Below, one piece after another: positions 26,268-39,423 of a DNA stretch of 64,000 bases. The notes below the pieces were generated by a model, which saw nothing but the letters and a program-made list of their open reading frames with translations, made no database searches and was not told where the DNA came from. Positions within the stretch are counted from its first letter, which is position 1. Each line of letters starts with the position of its first letter. Source of the DNA: Squalus acanthias (taxonomy: Eukaryota); NCBI GenBank assembly GCA_030390025.1, contig CM059431.1, positions 155,746,001 to 155,810,000 of the forward strand. Direction: 5' to 3'. The translations under genes were made by a program, and so were the position numbers.

Positions 26268-28961
26268 ACATAGATACATAGAACATAGAACAGTACAGCA
26301 CAGTACAGGCCCTTCGGCCCTCGATGTTGTGCCGAGCATTGTCCGAGACCAAGATCAAGCTATCACACTCCCTATCACTCTGGTGTGCTCCATGTGCTTA
26401 TCCAATAACCGCTTGAAAGTTCCTAAAGTGTCCGACTCCACTATCACAGCAGGCAGTCCATTCCACACCCCAACCACTCTCTGAGTAAAGAATTTACCTC
26501 GGACATCCCTTCTATATCTCCCCCCCATGCACCTTATAGTTATGCCCCCTTGTAACAGCTGCCTCTACCCGAGGAAATAGTCTCTGAACATCCACTCTAT
26601 CTATCCCCCTCATCATCTTATAATCCTCTATTCAGTCGCCTCTCATCCTTCTCCGCTCTAAAGAGAAAAGCCCCAACTCCCTCAATCTTTCCTCATAAGA
26701 CCTCCCCCCCAAACCAGGCAGCATCCTGGTAAATCTCCTTTGCACTCTTTCCAATGCTTCCACGTCCTTCCTATAGTGAGGTGACCAGAACTGCACACAA
26801 TATTCCAAATGAGGTCTCACCAAGGTCCTGTACAGTTGCAGCATAACCTCACGGTTCTTAAACTCAAACCCTCTGTTAATAAACGCCAACACACCATAGG
26901 CCTTCTTTACTGGTCTATCCACTTGAGTGGCAACCTTCAGAGATCTGTGGATATGAACCCACAGATCCCTCTGCTCCTCCACGTTCCTCAGAACCCTGCC
27001 GTTGACCCTGTAATCCTTATTCAAATTTGCCCTACCAAAATGAATCACCTCGCACTTATCAGGGTTAAGTTCCATCTGCCATTTTTCGGCCCAGCTCTGC
27101 ATCCTATCAATGTCTCTTTGCAGCCTACAACTGCCCTCCACCTCATCCACTACTCCACCAATCTTGGTGTCATCAGCAAATTTACTGATCCACCCTTTAG
27201 TCCCCTCCTCCAAGTCATTGATAAAAATCACAAACAGCAGAGGACCCAGCACCAACCCCTGTGGCACACCGCTGGTAACTAGTCTCCAGTCCGAAAATGT
27301 TCCATCCACCACCACCCTCTGCCTTCTATGAGATAGCCAGTTACTTATCCAATCGGCCAAATTTCCCTCTATCCCACAACTCCTTACTTTCTTCATGAGA
27401 CGACCATGGGGAACATTATCAAACGCCTTACTAAAATCCATGTATACGACATCAACTGCTCTACCTTCATCTACACACTTAGTTACCTCCTCAAAGAATT
27501 CAATCAAATTTGTTAGGCAAGACTTACCCTTCACGAATCCGTGTTGACTATCCCTGATTAAGTTGCCCCTTTCCAAATGGTCATAAATCCTATACCTCAG
27601 GACCTTTTCCATTATCTTACCAACCACCGAAGTAAGACTAACAGGCCTATAATTATCAGGGTCATTCCTATTTCCTTTCTTGAAGAGAGGAACAACATTC
27701 GCCACTCTCCAGTCCTCTGGCACCATCCCCGTGGACAGTGAGGACCCAAAGATCAAAGCCAGAGGCTCTGCAATCTCCTCCCTTGCCTCCCAAAGAATCC
27801 TAGGATATATCCCATCTGGCCCAGGGGACTTATCGATCTTCAGATTCTTCAAAATTGCTAAAACATCTTCCCTCAGAACATCTACCACCTCCAGCCTATC
27901 CACCTTTATCACACTCTCATCCTCAAGAACATGGCCCCTCTCCTCGGTGAACACTGACGAAAAGTATTCATTCATCACCTCTCCTATCTCTTCTGACTCC
28001 ATGCACAAGTTCCCACTACTGTCCTTGACCGGCCCTACCCTCACCCTGGTCATTCTTTTATTTCTCACATAAGAGTAAAAAGCCTTGGGTTTTTTCTTGA
28101 TCCGACCCGCCAAGGACTTCTCATGCCCCCTCCTAGCTCTCCTAAGGTCTTTTTTAGCTCATTCCTTGCTACTTTGTACCCCTCAATCGACCCAACTGAA
28201 CCTTGTTTTCTCATCCTTACATACGCTTCCTTTTTCCTCTTGACTAGACATTCAACCTCTTTTGTGAACCATGGTTCTCTCACTCGGCCATTTCCTCCCT
28301 GCCTGACAGGGACATACCTATCAAAGACACGCAGTAATTGCTCCATGAAAAAGCTCCACTCTTCGTTTGTGCCTTTCCCTGATAGTTTCTGTTCCCATCT
28401 TATACTCCCTAATTCTTGCCTAATCGCATCATAATTACCCCTCCCCCAATTATAAACCCTGCCCTGCCGTATGGCCCTATCCCTCTCCATTGCAATAGTG
28501 AAAGTTACCGAATTGTGGTCACTATCTCCAAAGTGCTCTCCCACATACAAATCAAACACTTGGCCCGGTTCATTACCCAGTACCAAATCCAACGTGGCCC
28601 CACCTCTTGTCGGCCTATCCACATATTGTGTCAGGAAACCCTCCTGCACACACTGTGCAAAAACTATCCCATCCGAACTGTTTGTCCTATAAAGGTTCCA
28701 ATCAATATTTGGAAAGTTGAAGTCACCCATGACAACTACTCTGTGACCTCCACACCTATTCATAATCTGCTTTGCAATTTCTTCCTCCACATCTTTATTA
28801 CTATTTGGGGGCCTGTAGAAAACTCCTAACAACGTGACCGCTCCTTTCCTATTTCTAACTTCAGCCCATATTACCTCAGACGGCAGATCCACCTCGAACT
28901 GCCTTTCTGCCGCTGTTAAACTATCCTTGATTAACAATGCTACTCCTCCACCTTTCTTACC
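26268..28961 (-). mobile_element. Young 5'-truncated CR1 LINE with nearly intact ORF2
   Basis: ORF 28065-28937 (APE: YRPPN, GDFN, SDHN) and ORF 26632-28113 (493 aa RT: PQGLVLGP, FADD). Tail is (catagaa)n. Absent from the paralogous site gataagatggg at about 41155. Confidence 0.95.
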
Positions 28962-29224
28962 ATGGGCGGGGCCGTAGATTTATTTGAAGATGAGTAGGAC
29001 CATTTCACACATGATCAATTTGGGAGAAGAAGAGAATGTAAGTCAGTTACCCAGTGGTTTACGGATGAATGGAACTGAGGGTGAATTTCAATTTAAGCAA
29101 TAGAGCTGTGGAAAAGCTGGAGCTAGGCCCAAATGTCGTTTGAGGTATCATTTCTAAAGCTCACAGAAGCATCGATAAAGTACCAGCAAATATTCTTATG
29201 GAGTGCGTGTACAGAAAAAATAAC

Positions 29225-29332
29225 CTTTAATTGTTCCTGACGGTAATCTGAGACTCAAGGTTAGATCTAATGCCTTGAAATGAGCAGATGCTGTTGAATA
29301 ATTAGACATAGTCGTGACTTTCACGTGTTTGC
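29225..29332 (-). CDS. Possible extra linker exon (phase 1 to 1), module 1
   Basis: Splice sites ctcttcag|GC and AAAG|GTTATT; 108 nt, open (GKHVKVTTMSNYSTASAHFKALDLTLSLRLPSGTIK). A paralog of equal length is at 43189-43296. The donor is weak. Confidence 0.3.
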
Positions 29333-29965
29333 CTGAAGAGCTAATACATAATGTACAAATATTAAAAGTATGTAGCACCAAATGCAACTTCATTCGTGCT
29401 TCTCTTGTTCCTTCCTTATTTCAAGGAAAAATACATTGTGAAACAGGAACTGAGAAATGGAAAATTTGTGAAGCCAAAATGCAGTCACAATAAACTTTAC
29501 GAATATCAATACACCGAGTACAGGAAACAAAACATTGGGAAATTGTTTTCATTATCAATAGAAAATAATTACACAAAAACAAATACTTTAGCTTAGAAAT
29601 GAGTGTAGCAAGTACAGTTCCACAATTAAATGTACCCGAGCATAAAACATCCAAGAGAAAGGGCGAGGAGGATGTTGGAGAAAGTTGTGAGAGGTAGCTC
29701 TACTAAATAAAAATAATACCTCATCAACTACAACATAAACATTTATATGGCAACATAACGTGACAAAATTGTCCAAGGCGCCTAAAGGAAGTTTTAATGA
29801 GGCGTGAACATATACATTCAGGCCGAAGAAAGGTGTTGTAAGGGTTCTGGATGACTTACATTAATTGTAATAAAAAATCGCGTTTTAAGCAGACACTTAA
29901 GTAATTAACCGGGCTGCAGAGGCGGAGGTGTTTACGGAGGGAATAACAGAGTACGGGGCATGTAC

Positions 29966-30187
29966 CTTTTTCTCCACCGAAAATGTAACTCTCTTCTTCA
30001 ATATTTGTATTTCCTGCATCACAAGTGCCCGGACTAGTGCCCGCATTGTTTGCCGCATCAAGCTGTGCGTAATCTATTTTTGTCCACCAAAAAGTCGCAA
30101 AGATTCCTAGTGCGTCCAGTAGTATTGCACCGATGAATGCGAGGGGAATTGTGAATGGTTCGTCCATTATTTCAGTATCGTCAATCA
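29966..30187 (-). CDS. Exon with a predicted transmembrane helix, module 1 (phase 1 to 1)
   Basis: Splice sites gatttacag|TG and AAAG|GTACAT; 222 nt, open. Reads (V)IDDTEIMDEPFTIPLAFIGAILLDALGIFATFWWTKIDYAQLDAANNAGTSPGTCDAGNTNIEEESYIFGGEK. The ATG has a good Kozak context (ATAATGG). Confidence 0.7.
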
Positions 30188-31773
30188 CTGTAAATCACAG
30201 TACAGGTTTTGAGCTGTTGTAATTCAAGTATTCATTGATAGTCCAAACAATCTAAACCAATTTTAAAAGCTGCAGTCCGTTAACTTCCGTTTATTGATTG
30301 CGTATCGCATTGTTCAGTTCACTTTTTAATATCCTCTGCTGTTTTCACGGTTTTTCTTTGTCAGGTAATCGCAATCTTGAGCATTTCTACACTTTGGCTA
30401 AATAATGGGGTTATAAGGTGTCGCCTAGAGTTTTATCAGAGATAAATGCGAACTGTGGCTGCGTTAACTGTGCACTTATTTCCATCTTTTAGTTCATATG
30501 TTATCATTATTCTCACACAACAATAAACAATCTGTAATATATACCAGCCAATACTTACTCGGATATCGCCATTTAGTTCTGCTTTTGGATTCTGATCCAT
30601 GAGGATTTTCCTACTATAATTGAAATCGAAACAATTCACTGCTGCAGCTGGTTGCTTCTGCTGCAAGATTTGTCTGCGTAGAGGCAGGAGCTGCATTTTC
30701 CCAAGTTATATTCCTACAAGGGTTGGATGTACTTTTAGAGAGATGCGCTTGCATCTGATTCCCCACTAAGTACCAACTAATTCTAATTAACTTTTTTTAT
30801 ATAACAGCTGGTTGAAATATATGAACAATTGATTAAAAACTGAATTAACCGGAAGCGGTTCTGAAATCGGCTATTAAAATGAAGTCTCTTCAGTGAAACT
30901 TGAAGACTTTTAAACGTACAATTAGAAATCGTCATGCTTTTATTGTACATTGTTATTCTGTGACTAAATATACTATTACTTTTAAATCCGCGTCTTTACC
31001 AGCATTTTTACGAAATGTTCAGACGGCTAAACCTTATTCATTCGATATCCCTACTACTTATGAATCAATAGCTATATTTCAAATATACGAATTGAAACGT
31101 TATCACAACAAACAACGCCGATCCTTTCAAAAGAATAATCACGTTTACCATAAAGTAACGGGATTAGAGTAATTGAGGGGTAGGGGAATAATTTGGCTCC
31201 GAATGCCTGGAAATTGAAAACGGACTTTAAAATACACTGCAGATAAACACTCTAAAATTAAAAAAATGTTGCAAATATGAATCAAATTTAAATCACTTTA
31301 CCGTGTCAGGTACTTATTGTGATTTCTCATTGTTAGTTATTACCTGAAACAGAATACCGAAAGTAGCATCCTTTGCAATCAGAGACTAGATTAGCCTTTT
31401 ACCGCTGGCAAGGTTATTCAGTCACTACGTTCAAACTTCAGCACCTTTTTCAATATTCAAGTTTTATACAATTAACCAAGCTCCACATTATGCCGTTTGT
31501 CTTTTCAATCCAACAGCCAACGGATCAACACCATCTTCATTCACAATTCGGTTTACTTCCTTACTCTCCTTCGTCCAGATTTCTGCCCATTTCATCTTAT
31601 TTACTTCTTAACATTTCATGCTTCACTCCCTCCTTATAAATCATGCTGTTTCTGCTTTTCCCTCACTTCTCCCCGTCGGCACCGATGCTTCCTCTTTACG
31701 TTCCTCATGTAACCGGGATCCTGCTGTGATTTAACTGAACTTAATTTGTGAGCTAATAAAAGTAATCTCTTAC

Positions 31774-31887
31774 CTTTATTGACAGGAATGTTGCAGCGGC
31801 CGTCTACTGCGGCGGCCGAATCAATATCCATCGCCTGACAAATTGCTACACATTTAGTTCCCCTTAGCGCCAAGTTCAAGCAGGTGG
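31774..31887 (-). CDS. Short leader exon, module 1 (coding or 5' UTR)
   Basis: Strong acceptor tttttctttaatttttag|CC and consensus donor AAAG|GTAAGA; 114 nt, open in phase 1 to 1. Reads TCLNLALRGTKCVAICQAMDIDSAAAVDGRCNIPVNK. Confidence 0.6.
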
Positions 31888-32794
31888 CTAAAAATTAAAG
31901 AAAAACAATATAACAACTATATGAATGACCACGAGGGTTAGCAAGTTGGATTGTGAACTTATCTCACCTAAAACGTTCCACAATATGAGCCGATATCAGC
32001 TCGAAATTCCTTCCCACGTCTCCGCTGGTCTCTTGCTCAAACGGAAATTGGATTTGGTCATGTGCCCCCTTGACCGCTGACTTCTAATATATAGCAAACT
32101 GTGCCAGTACACTCGTGGAGTAATTTTAGCTTTTCCCGATCGCGTATGACGGGCGATAATTGCTCGGAGATAAACCTCTCGATATCGAATATCGTCCGTT
32201 TTACACTAGTTCCAAAAGCTAAATTTAACCCCAATCGTTACAGAAGGATTCATCCCGTTGTGAGAATCCACATGGGATGTAGATAAAATATCCTTAAAGA
32301 CTTCGCCAGTTGGCAATATGTAGCTTGGTAGAATTTCAAAGCTATCAAAGTACCGTAGCATTCACGGACAGGAATGTTTATCGCTCTGCCTCGGATTCCG
32401 GGTTCACTAACACAGTTTTTTTCTAGCATAGTAGGAACAAATATACCAACATTATGGATATGCTGAAACAGCAGTGGTGTGGGACTAATTGGCTAGCTGT
32501 TCCTTTCAGCCGGCAGAGGAACGATTGTTCGAAATGCCTTCTTCGATGTTAAGATGCTATCCAGCGATTTGCCGCCAGTTGTTTAACAGCAGTAGGCGAT
32601 TCAGAATCCCGAGCACGTTTCGCCATTCAAAGAGATCATTGCTTATCTGTATCTTAACTCAATAAAATCACTTTTGTTCTGTATCCGTTAATAGGCTTTG
32701 CTAGCAAAACTCTATCGAAATCAGGTTTAATATTATGTCATCTGTATTTGCAACACCAAATTTCTGATTGGACCATTGCAGGACAAGACCATAT

Positions 32795-33160
32795 TTTTTC
32801 CATTTTTTCTCTCTCTCTCACATGGCAGCTGTCGATCAATCTGCCATGGCCGTTTACACTTGATCTAGGGCCATCTTTTGTTTCTTAAATTGTCCGATTA
32901 CTATCTGCTTTTGCCTTGCACCATCATCCCTATTGTCTCTTAATTCACCTGCCTTCCATTCTATCACAGAGCTTCCCTTCTGTTCTGTCCTCACCTCCCC
33001 CCTTTCCCTGCTCCTACATTTGCTTAAAAAGCTGTTCCATCTCCAGCTTTTTCCAGTTCGGACGAAGGGTCATCGATCTGAACCTTTAACTCTGAGTTTC
33101 TACTCCACAGATGCTGCCTGACCTGCTGTGTATATCCAGCCTTTTCTGTTTTTTTTCTCT
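32795..33160 (+). mobile_element. Solo Penelope pLTR/3' UTR fragment with degenerate hammerhead (33055-33091)
   Basis: Similar to 2205-2520. Contains agtt-cggacga-agggtcatcgatct-gaacctt-taact followed by ctccacagatgctgcctgacctgctg. Confidence 0.75.
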
Positions 33161-33199
33161 TGATTATAGTCGAGCAACGTAAAAACTATGCTACTGTTC

Positions 33200-33510
33200 C
33201 CATGTCAGATGTTTATGCAGATTTACAGCGTATCGGGATCGTGCTAAATTTGTATGGTGATAGAGTTTATTGGGATCCTGCCAGATGAGTCTCGGAGAGT
33301 TAGTGTAACAATTTTTATCCAGATGTGCACAGTGAATAAGAGCCTAACTGGATACCTCCAGATATGTACGTGGATTCACAGGGTATCTGCATCCTTTCAG
33401 CATGGGGTTTCACAGTGTATCAGCATCCTACCTGTTCAGTCTGGACCTTCAAAGTTTAACGGCTACCGGCCAGATGTGTATGCTGTTTCACGGTGTAATA
33501 GGATGCTGTA
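33200..33510. repeat. ~37 bp minisatellite, copy at the start of duplicated module 2
   Basis: atggggtttcacagtgtatcagcatcctacc-type units. Confidence 0.7.
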
Positions 33511-33789
33511 GCTTGTCACAAAATCGTATTTTTATATTTGGACATATACTTGAAGATAAATGCATTTATATATATTAGTAAAGTAAGATGTTGCCATATT
33601 TGGAAATGCAGTGGAGCTGTATTACACCCACAAAAAGCAGGAATGTGCATGTTGGATTCTCGGCTTCAAATAGGGAAACACATTATCGGACCAGAGCAGA
33701 ACACAAATCGCACAAACTTCAATTCTACCGCTATTGAGTTCTATTGAAATCGATGGGAGGTCTCATCAGGCCGAGAGCCTAACGGACAG

Positions 33790-35690
33790 CAGAGAATCAT
33801 AAATGGTTACATCATAGAAGGAGGCCATTTGGACCGTCGAGCATGTACCGGATCTCCGGAAGAGCACTTCAGCTAGTCCCACTCCCCAGCCCTTTCCCCG
33901 TAGCTCTGCACATTTTATTTTACTTCAGGTACTTACCCAATTCCTTTTTGACAGCGACGATTGCGTCTGCCCCCAACATCCTTTCATGCAGCGCATTAGA
34001 GACTCTAACCACTTGTTGCATAAATAAAGTTTTTCCTCATGTCGCTCTTGGTACTTCTGCCCATCTGTTTAAGTCTGTGATCTCTGGTTCGCGACACTTC
34101 CGCAAATGGGAACACTTTCTATCTCTCTCTCACTACTCTGTCCAGGCTCCTCATGATTTTGAACACTTCTATGAAATCTCCTCTCAACATTCTCTGCTCT
34201 AAGGAGAACAGAACAAGCTTCTCTTGTCAATCCACATAACCAAATACCCTCATCCCTGGAACCATTCTTGCAAATCTTTTCTGCACTCTCTCTAAGGCCT
34301 TCACATTCTTCCTAAAGTGCAGTGCCCAGAACAGGTCACAATTCTCCAGTTGTGGTCGAGGCAGTGTGTATAAAAGGTTTATTATAACTTCATGATTTTG
34401 TATTCTATTACTCTATTTATGAATCCCAATCTCCCGTAAACTATTAACCATTTTCTCAACCAGCCCTGATACCTTCAACGAATTGTGCACATATACCACC
34501 AGGTATCACTGATCATGTAGCCCGTTTAGAATTATACCCTTTATTTTATGTAGCCTCTCCTCGTTCTTGCTACCAAAATGTACCATTTCGCACGTTTCTG
34601 TGTTAAATTTCTTCTGCCACATGTCCGCCCATTCCACCAGCCTGTCTATTTCATCTTGAAGTCTTTCACTATTCTTCTCACTGTTCACTATACTTCCAAG
34701 TATTGTGTGATCTGTAAATTTTGAAATTGTGCCCGTACACTCAAGTCCAAATCATAACTCTAAATCAATACAAGCAGTAGTCCCAGTACCGACCCCAGGG
34801 AAACACTTTCCTCCATTCCGAAAAACAACCGTTCCCCAATACTAGCTGTTTCCTGTCACTTAGCCAATTTCGTATAAATGCTGCCACTGTCCCTTTTATT
34901 CCATGGGTTTCAACTTTGCTGTCTAGCCTATTAAGTGGCACTTTATCAAACGTCTTCTGGAAGTCCAAGCACGCCACGTCAACCGTATTGCCCTCACCAG
35001 CCACCCCCACCCTCCCTGTTAGCGCATCCAAAAAAAATAATGTTAGTTAAACACGAGTTGCCTTTGACAAATCCGTGCTGACTTTCCTTAATCAATGCAC
35101 ACTTGTTGAAGTGACTGTTCATTTTTTTCCCAGTTATCGTTTCTAAAAGCTTCCCCATTACCGATGTTAAACTGAAAGTTCTGTAGTTGATGGGTTTATC
35201 CTTACACCCTCTTTTGAACAATGTGTAACCTTTGCAATGTTACAGTCCTCTGGCAACACCCCCGTATATAATGATGATTGGAATATTATGGCTAGTCTCT
35301 CCACAATTTTCACCCTTACCTCCCTCAGCATCCTAAAATTTATCCCATTCGAACAACCAGCCTTTCTACTACCTCCTCTTTATCAATTCTTATCCCATCC
35401 ATTATTGCAACAACCTCCTCTTTCACTATGACGTTGACAGCATCTTCTTCCATGGTAAAGTCAGATGCAAAGTACTCATTTAGTAACTCAGCCATGCCCT
35501 CTGTCTGCATGCGTAGATCTCCTTTTTGGTTCCTAGTCGGCCCCACCCTTTCTCTTGCTATCTATTAATTATATGCATGAAGAAGACTATTGGATTCCCT
35601 TTTAGGTTAGTTGTGAGTTTCTTCTCATCCTCTCTCTTTGCCCCTCTTATATCCTTTTTCACTTCCCTTCTTAAATGTCTATGCTCAGTG
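33790..35690 (-). mobile_element. CR1 LINE 3' part, duplicated with the module
   Basis: Same position and orientation as 20155-22065. RT remnants DFQKTFDKVP and SQHGFVKG. Confidence 0.85.
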
Positions 35691-35962
35691 GCGATACCGC
35701 TCGTTTTCGGCGAAGCTATAGTACAGGCGGTATTGCATCGTGCGCCTATTGTACACTTCGCCCGAATAAGCTTGGATATTACTGAATACCGGGCGTGCTT
35801 TAAAAGGTCGGCAAATGTGAATCCGCCTGTTTTGTTTATCCACCCATGTAGAATTTCAAACCTCACAGATTAACTTAAATAAGGTCTTCGCCATAAATAA
35901 TGAACTTTGTTACTCTGACCGTAAACACGATCTTTTGCAAGTTAGATTGGGACACCACATAC

Positions 35963-36155
35963 CTTTCATGTCATTTTTTTCCTCTGTACCACTGTTCTGT
36001 ATTTCTGACAATTTCGCTTTCAGCTTGGGTTTTGTATCCTGCAGAAATATGTTCCATATTGGTCTTACTGCTCGAGCTCCTTTTTCTACCACGGTATTGA
36101 AAAGGTGTTGTGAAGCAACGCTTTTGTGGTGTCTTTCGACAAGGGTTCTGAATCT
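35963..36155 (-). CDS. Death-fold/CARD-like exon B, module 2 (phase 0 to 1)
   Basis: Splice sites ttttttag|AGA and AAAG|GTATGT; 193 nt, open. Reads RFRTLVERHHKSVASQHLFNTVVEKGARAVRPIWNIFLQDTKPKLKAKLSEIQNSGTEEKNDMK. Confidence 0.78.
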
Positions 36156-36277
36156 CTAAAAAAAAATGCAATCATATTGAGCCAAGTAACAGAATGATCA
36201 GAGAAGAGACGTCTTTTCACTTTCTCCCTCTCTTTATGAGATGAATGAATAGAAAATCTCACAATCGGGTGACCAGA

Positions 36278-36730
36278 CATATGAGGAGAGATTGGGTCGA
36301 TTGGGCTTATACTCGCTGGAGTTCAGAAGAATGAGAGGGGATCTCATTGAAACTTATAACATTCTAGGAGGACTAGACAGACTAGATGCAGGAAGGATGT
36401 TCCCGATGGCCGGGGAGTGCAGAACCAGGGGTCACAGACTAAAGATAAGAGGTATGCCATTTAGGAAAGAGATGAGAGGGAATTTCTTCACCCAGAGAGT
36501 GGTGAACCTGTGGAATTCTCTACCACAGAAGGCAGTGGAGGCCAATTCATTAAATATATTCAAGAAGGAGTTAGATATATTTCTTAATGCTAAAGGGATC
36601 AAGGAATATGGGGAAAAGGCAGGGACAGGGTACTGAATTTGGATGATCAGCCATGATCGCATTGATTGGCGTAGCAGGCTCTTGGGGACGAATGGCCTAC
36701 TCCTGCTCCTATCTTCTATGTTTCTATGTT
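36278..36730 (+). mobile_element. CR1 3' fragment, specific to module 2
   Basis: ORF LGLYSLEFRRMRGDLIE..FFTQRVVNLWNSLP, followed by a 3' UTR and ttctatg tail. Confidence 0.9.
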
Positions 36731-39423
36731 GTTCAAAGTCTTAAGAATTAAGGAGCTTGTTAAAGGAAAGGATTATAGAAGGAATTTCAGAGTTTCGGGC
36801 CAAGGCATCTGAAGGCTCTCATGCCAATGGTGAGGCGAAGAAAATCGGGGATGAACAAATGCCCAGAATTGGATGAGCAGAGAGATCACGGAGAGTTGCA
36901 GAGACAGAGAGTAGCATCTTTGAGGCATCCAGTGAAACTCTAAATTCTCAGCTAATAAATGGAAAAGTGGAAAGTGCTGAATAAAAGGGGGAAAGTTAAT
37001 TTTGCAGAAATAGGATTCCACCAACATCAAGCATTATTGGTTGTTAGTAACAGTAATGATTTGAAAAGCTCACAACGTGGTTTCAGAAACTCAAATTGCA
37101 GAAATTGAAAAATGCAAAAATGCGTGTGTTTTTTTTGTCTAGTAGCACGAAAGGGGCTGATAGCGAATCGGTGGTCTCCTTTACGACGCGTCGGATTTTT
37201 ATTCAATTTACTTCAATGAGCCTTTCATTCATTCCAAGTATCACCTTCATTCATCGAAACATTAGCAAAAGCTTATCAGTCACTCCTTCATGCTCTATAT
37301 GAAACTTGTAGTTTGCATCTCCAAACAGCTCTGTTCTTTTATTAACTGTTTTTTTGAGGATTTATGAAATATGATAATTGTCTCTAATTCTGACACCTGC
37401 TACTGATTCGTTTCATACATTTTGAACGTTTTCGCTTCTATTTTATATTACCCATGTTTCCTTGATTTGTTTTACTTAATCAGCCCTTCTATCCTATATT
37501 TATTTTAAAATCTATTTTTTTTTGTCTTTTTCTATGCAGGTCCAAGCAACTCTCGTTTGTGCTGCACCTCTTTTATTCTCGTGTAATTTTTGTATCTTCT
37601 ATGGCAATCTTCTCCTATTTGCCAGATTCTTATTGCTTCTCTGCGTCTTTCTCTGATCATTAACGTGACAATAAATCTGGGCTAGTATTTTAGTGTCGGT
37701 AAAAATAGTTTCATTCCTGTAAAATGTATAATGCTTTGATTGGCTCGTTAAATATTAGAGTTCATATGAATCCTATTGATATCATATATTCCTGGACGTT
37801 CCACTACCCTTAGATCAACTACCACTCCCTCTCCGTTTCTAGAAATTAATCCAATACTCATTCCTTCCTTGTTTTCCTAAAACCATATAAATATAAACAG
37901 CGAACCGGACAGGCTGCAAATACCATGCCTTTACTGCAACACTTATTTTACTTCTATCCTTTGGATATTTAAAGTCACCAGTTACTGTTACTGTTATTGC
38001 TGCACTTGCTCCATTTTTCTATCTTTCTATTCTTCTATCCATTTCCCACTATTCGATGCATGATAATAGCTCCTTTATTATCCTGCAACCCCAAACTTAA
38101 AGGTTAATTTTGCGAAGCATTCCTTATATCAGTCCTGAGTTCCCGTGCTGCAATTCAATAATTTAACAATACTTTCTCCGTATGTTCTTTAAAACTTGAT
38201 TCCCCATTAATGTTTCGTAACATGACACTTTAGTTCCTAATCCTGTCTTTACCAAAGCCAGATAAGCTATTCATGTCTGTACGTCATAATTTATAGCATA
38301 TTCCCAGACAATCTGTGCCTTCAACTAACCAGCTATATTCGGAAAACTTTATATATGCTTGTATTAGGTAATGGTAGGAGATATTCGGAAAAGCGAGCGT
38401 GTGGACATGATAGATGAGTCCAGAGATTGTTTTTATGGAATCGTTCATTATAACCCTCTTGACGTCAGAGGATGATAATTGAGGAGAGGCCAGTATTAGT
38501 GACGACACTGAGCAGTCAGCCGAATAAGAAGCACAACCTGCGCTGAGCAGGAATCAAGGCAGTAGTTTGCATAACCCATAGAACGGATGAATGTTACGAG
38601 TCCTTTGTGATACGAGATATAATGCATATTGTGAGCGGTTAGAAATTAAGAAAGTGTTTATTTCGATGTAAAAATTGTGGCAGGGAAGGTATTAGAAAGG
38701 CTGCGAGAGGCAGCCATGCTTCGAAGTGCAATGGAGCACAGAAATCGAATCAATGATTTAGATAAGTTCACTACAAATTTCTAGAAAACCGCACCAACGG
38801 CAATGGCAAAAACCAATCAGATGGTTCACTTGAAAAAACAGGGCTCCTTTGATAGAGAATGAACGGAAACTCACGGCCTTTAATTCCGACAGTTTAGCTT
38901 TCATACGTCAGTTAATTTATTCATGTGATATTAGATGTATGTCGCTATTACAAGTTTTATCTTTCTCCAGGTTTTCCACTGCGGCTGTGCTGGGGACGCA
39001 TGATAGAAGTGCTGCTAGTGCTGTCTCATTAAATTATTAACTCGATTCGTCTGGGCTTGGCTCGTGCAATCCTGCAATTTGGGGTAATTGATCAATTGAT
39101 AGGAAATCCTCTATGAATCAACTTTCAGAAACTGGAGTAAATCCATCCTCTGCAGAAATACGGCCACTGGAATTATCTTAAAAGCCGCACGTTTCACAGT
39201 GAATTCACAGAGCTGGTTTTATTCCTGTCCTCCAGGATGTTGATGGTGGCTGATTCGCCGATGGTAATTCCATTAAATATCAGGGAGAGATGATGTAACT
39301 CTCTCTTGGTGGAGATGGTTATTGCCTGGCACTTCAGTTGCGCGAATGTGACTTGCCACTTATCCGGCCAAACCTCGAGGTTGTCCAGGTCTAGCTTGAT
39401 ATGGGGATGGACTACTTCATTAT

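Noticed and set aside
26809..28829. Plus-strand ORFs overlapping the young CR1 (and similar antisense ORFs over RTE and PLE copies)
   Set aside because: These are shadow ORFs of LINE coding strands with no independent coding signal.
30436..30696. ORF between the leader and TM exons as an ectodomain exon
   Set aside because: No convincing splice-site pair, and no equivalent ORF appears in the module 2 paralog (about 44.4-44.66 kb).
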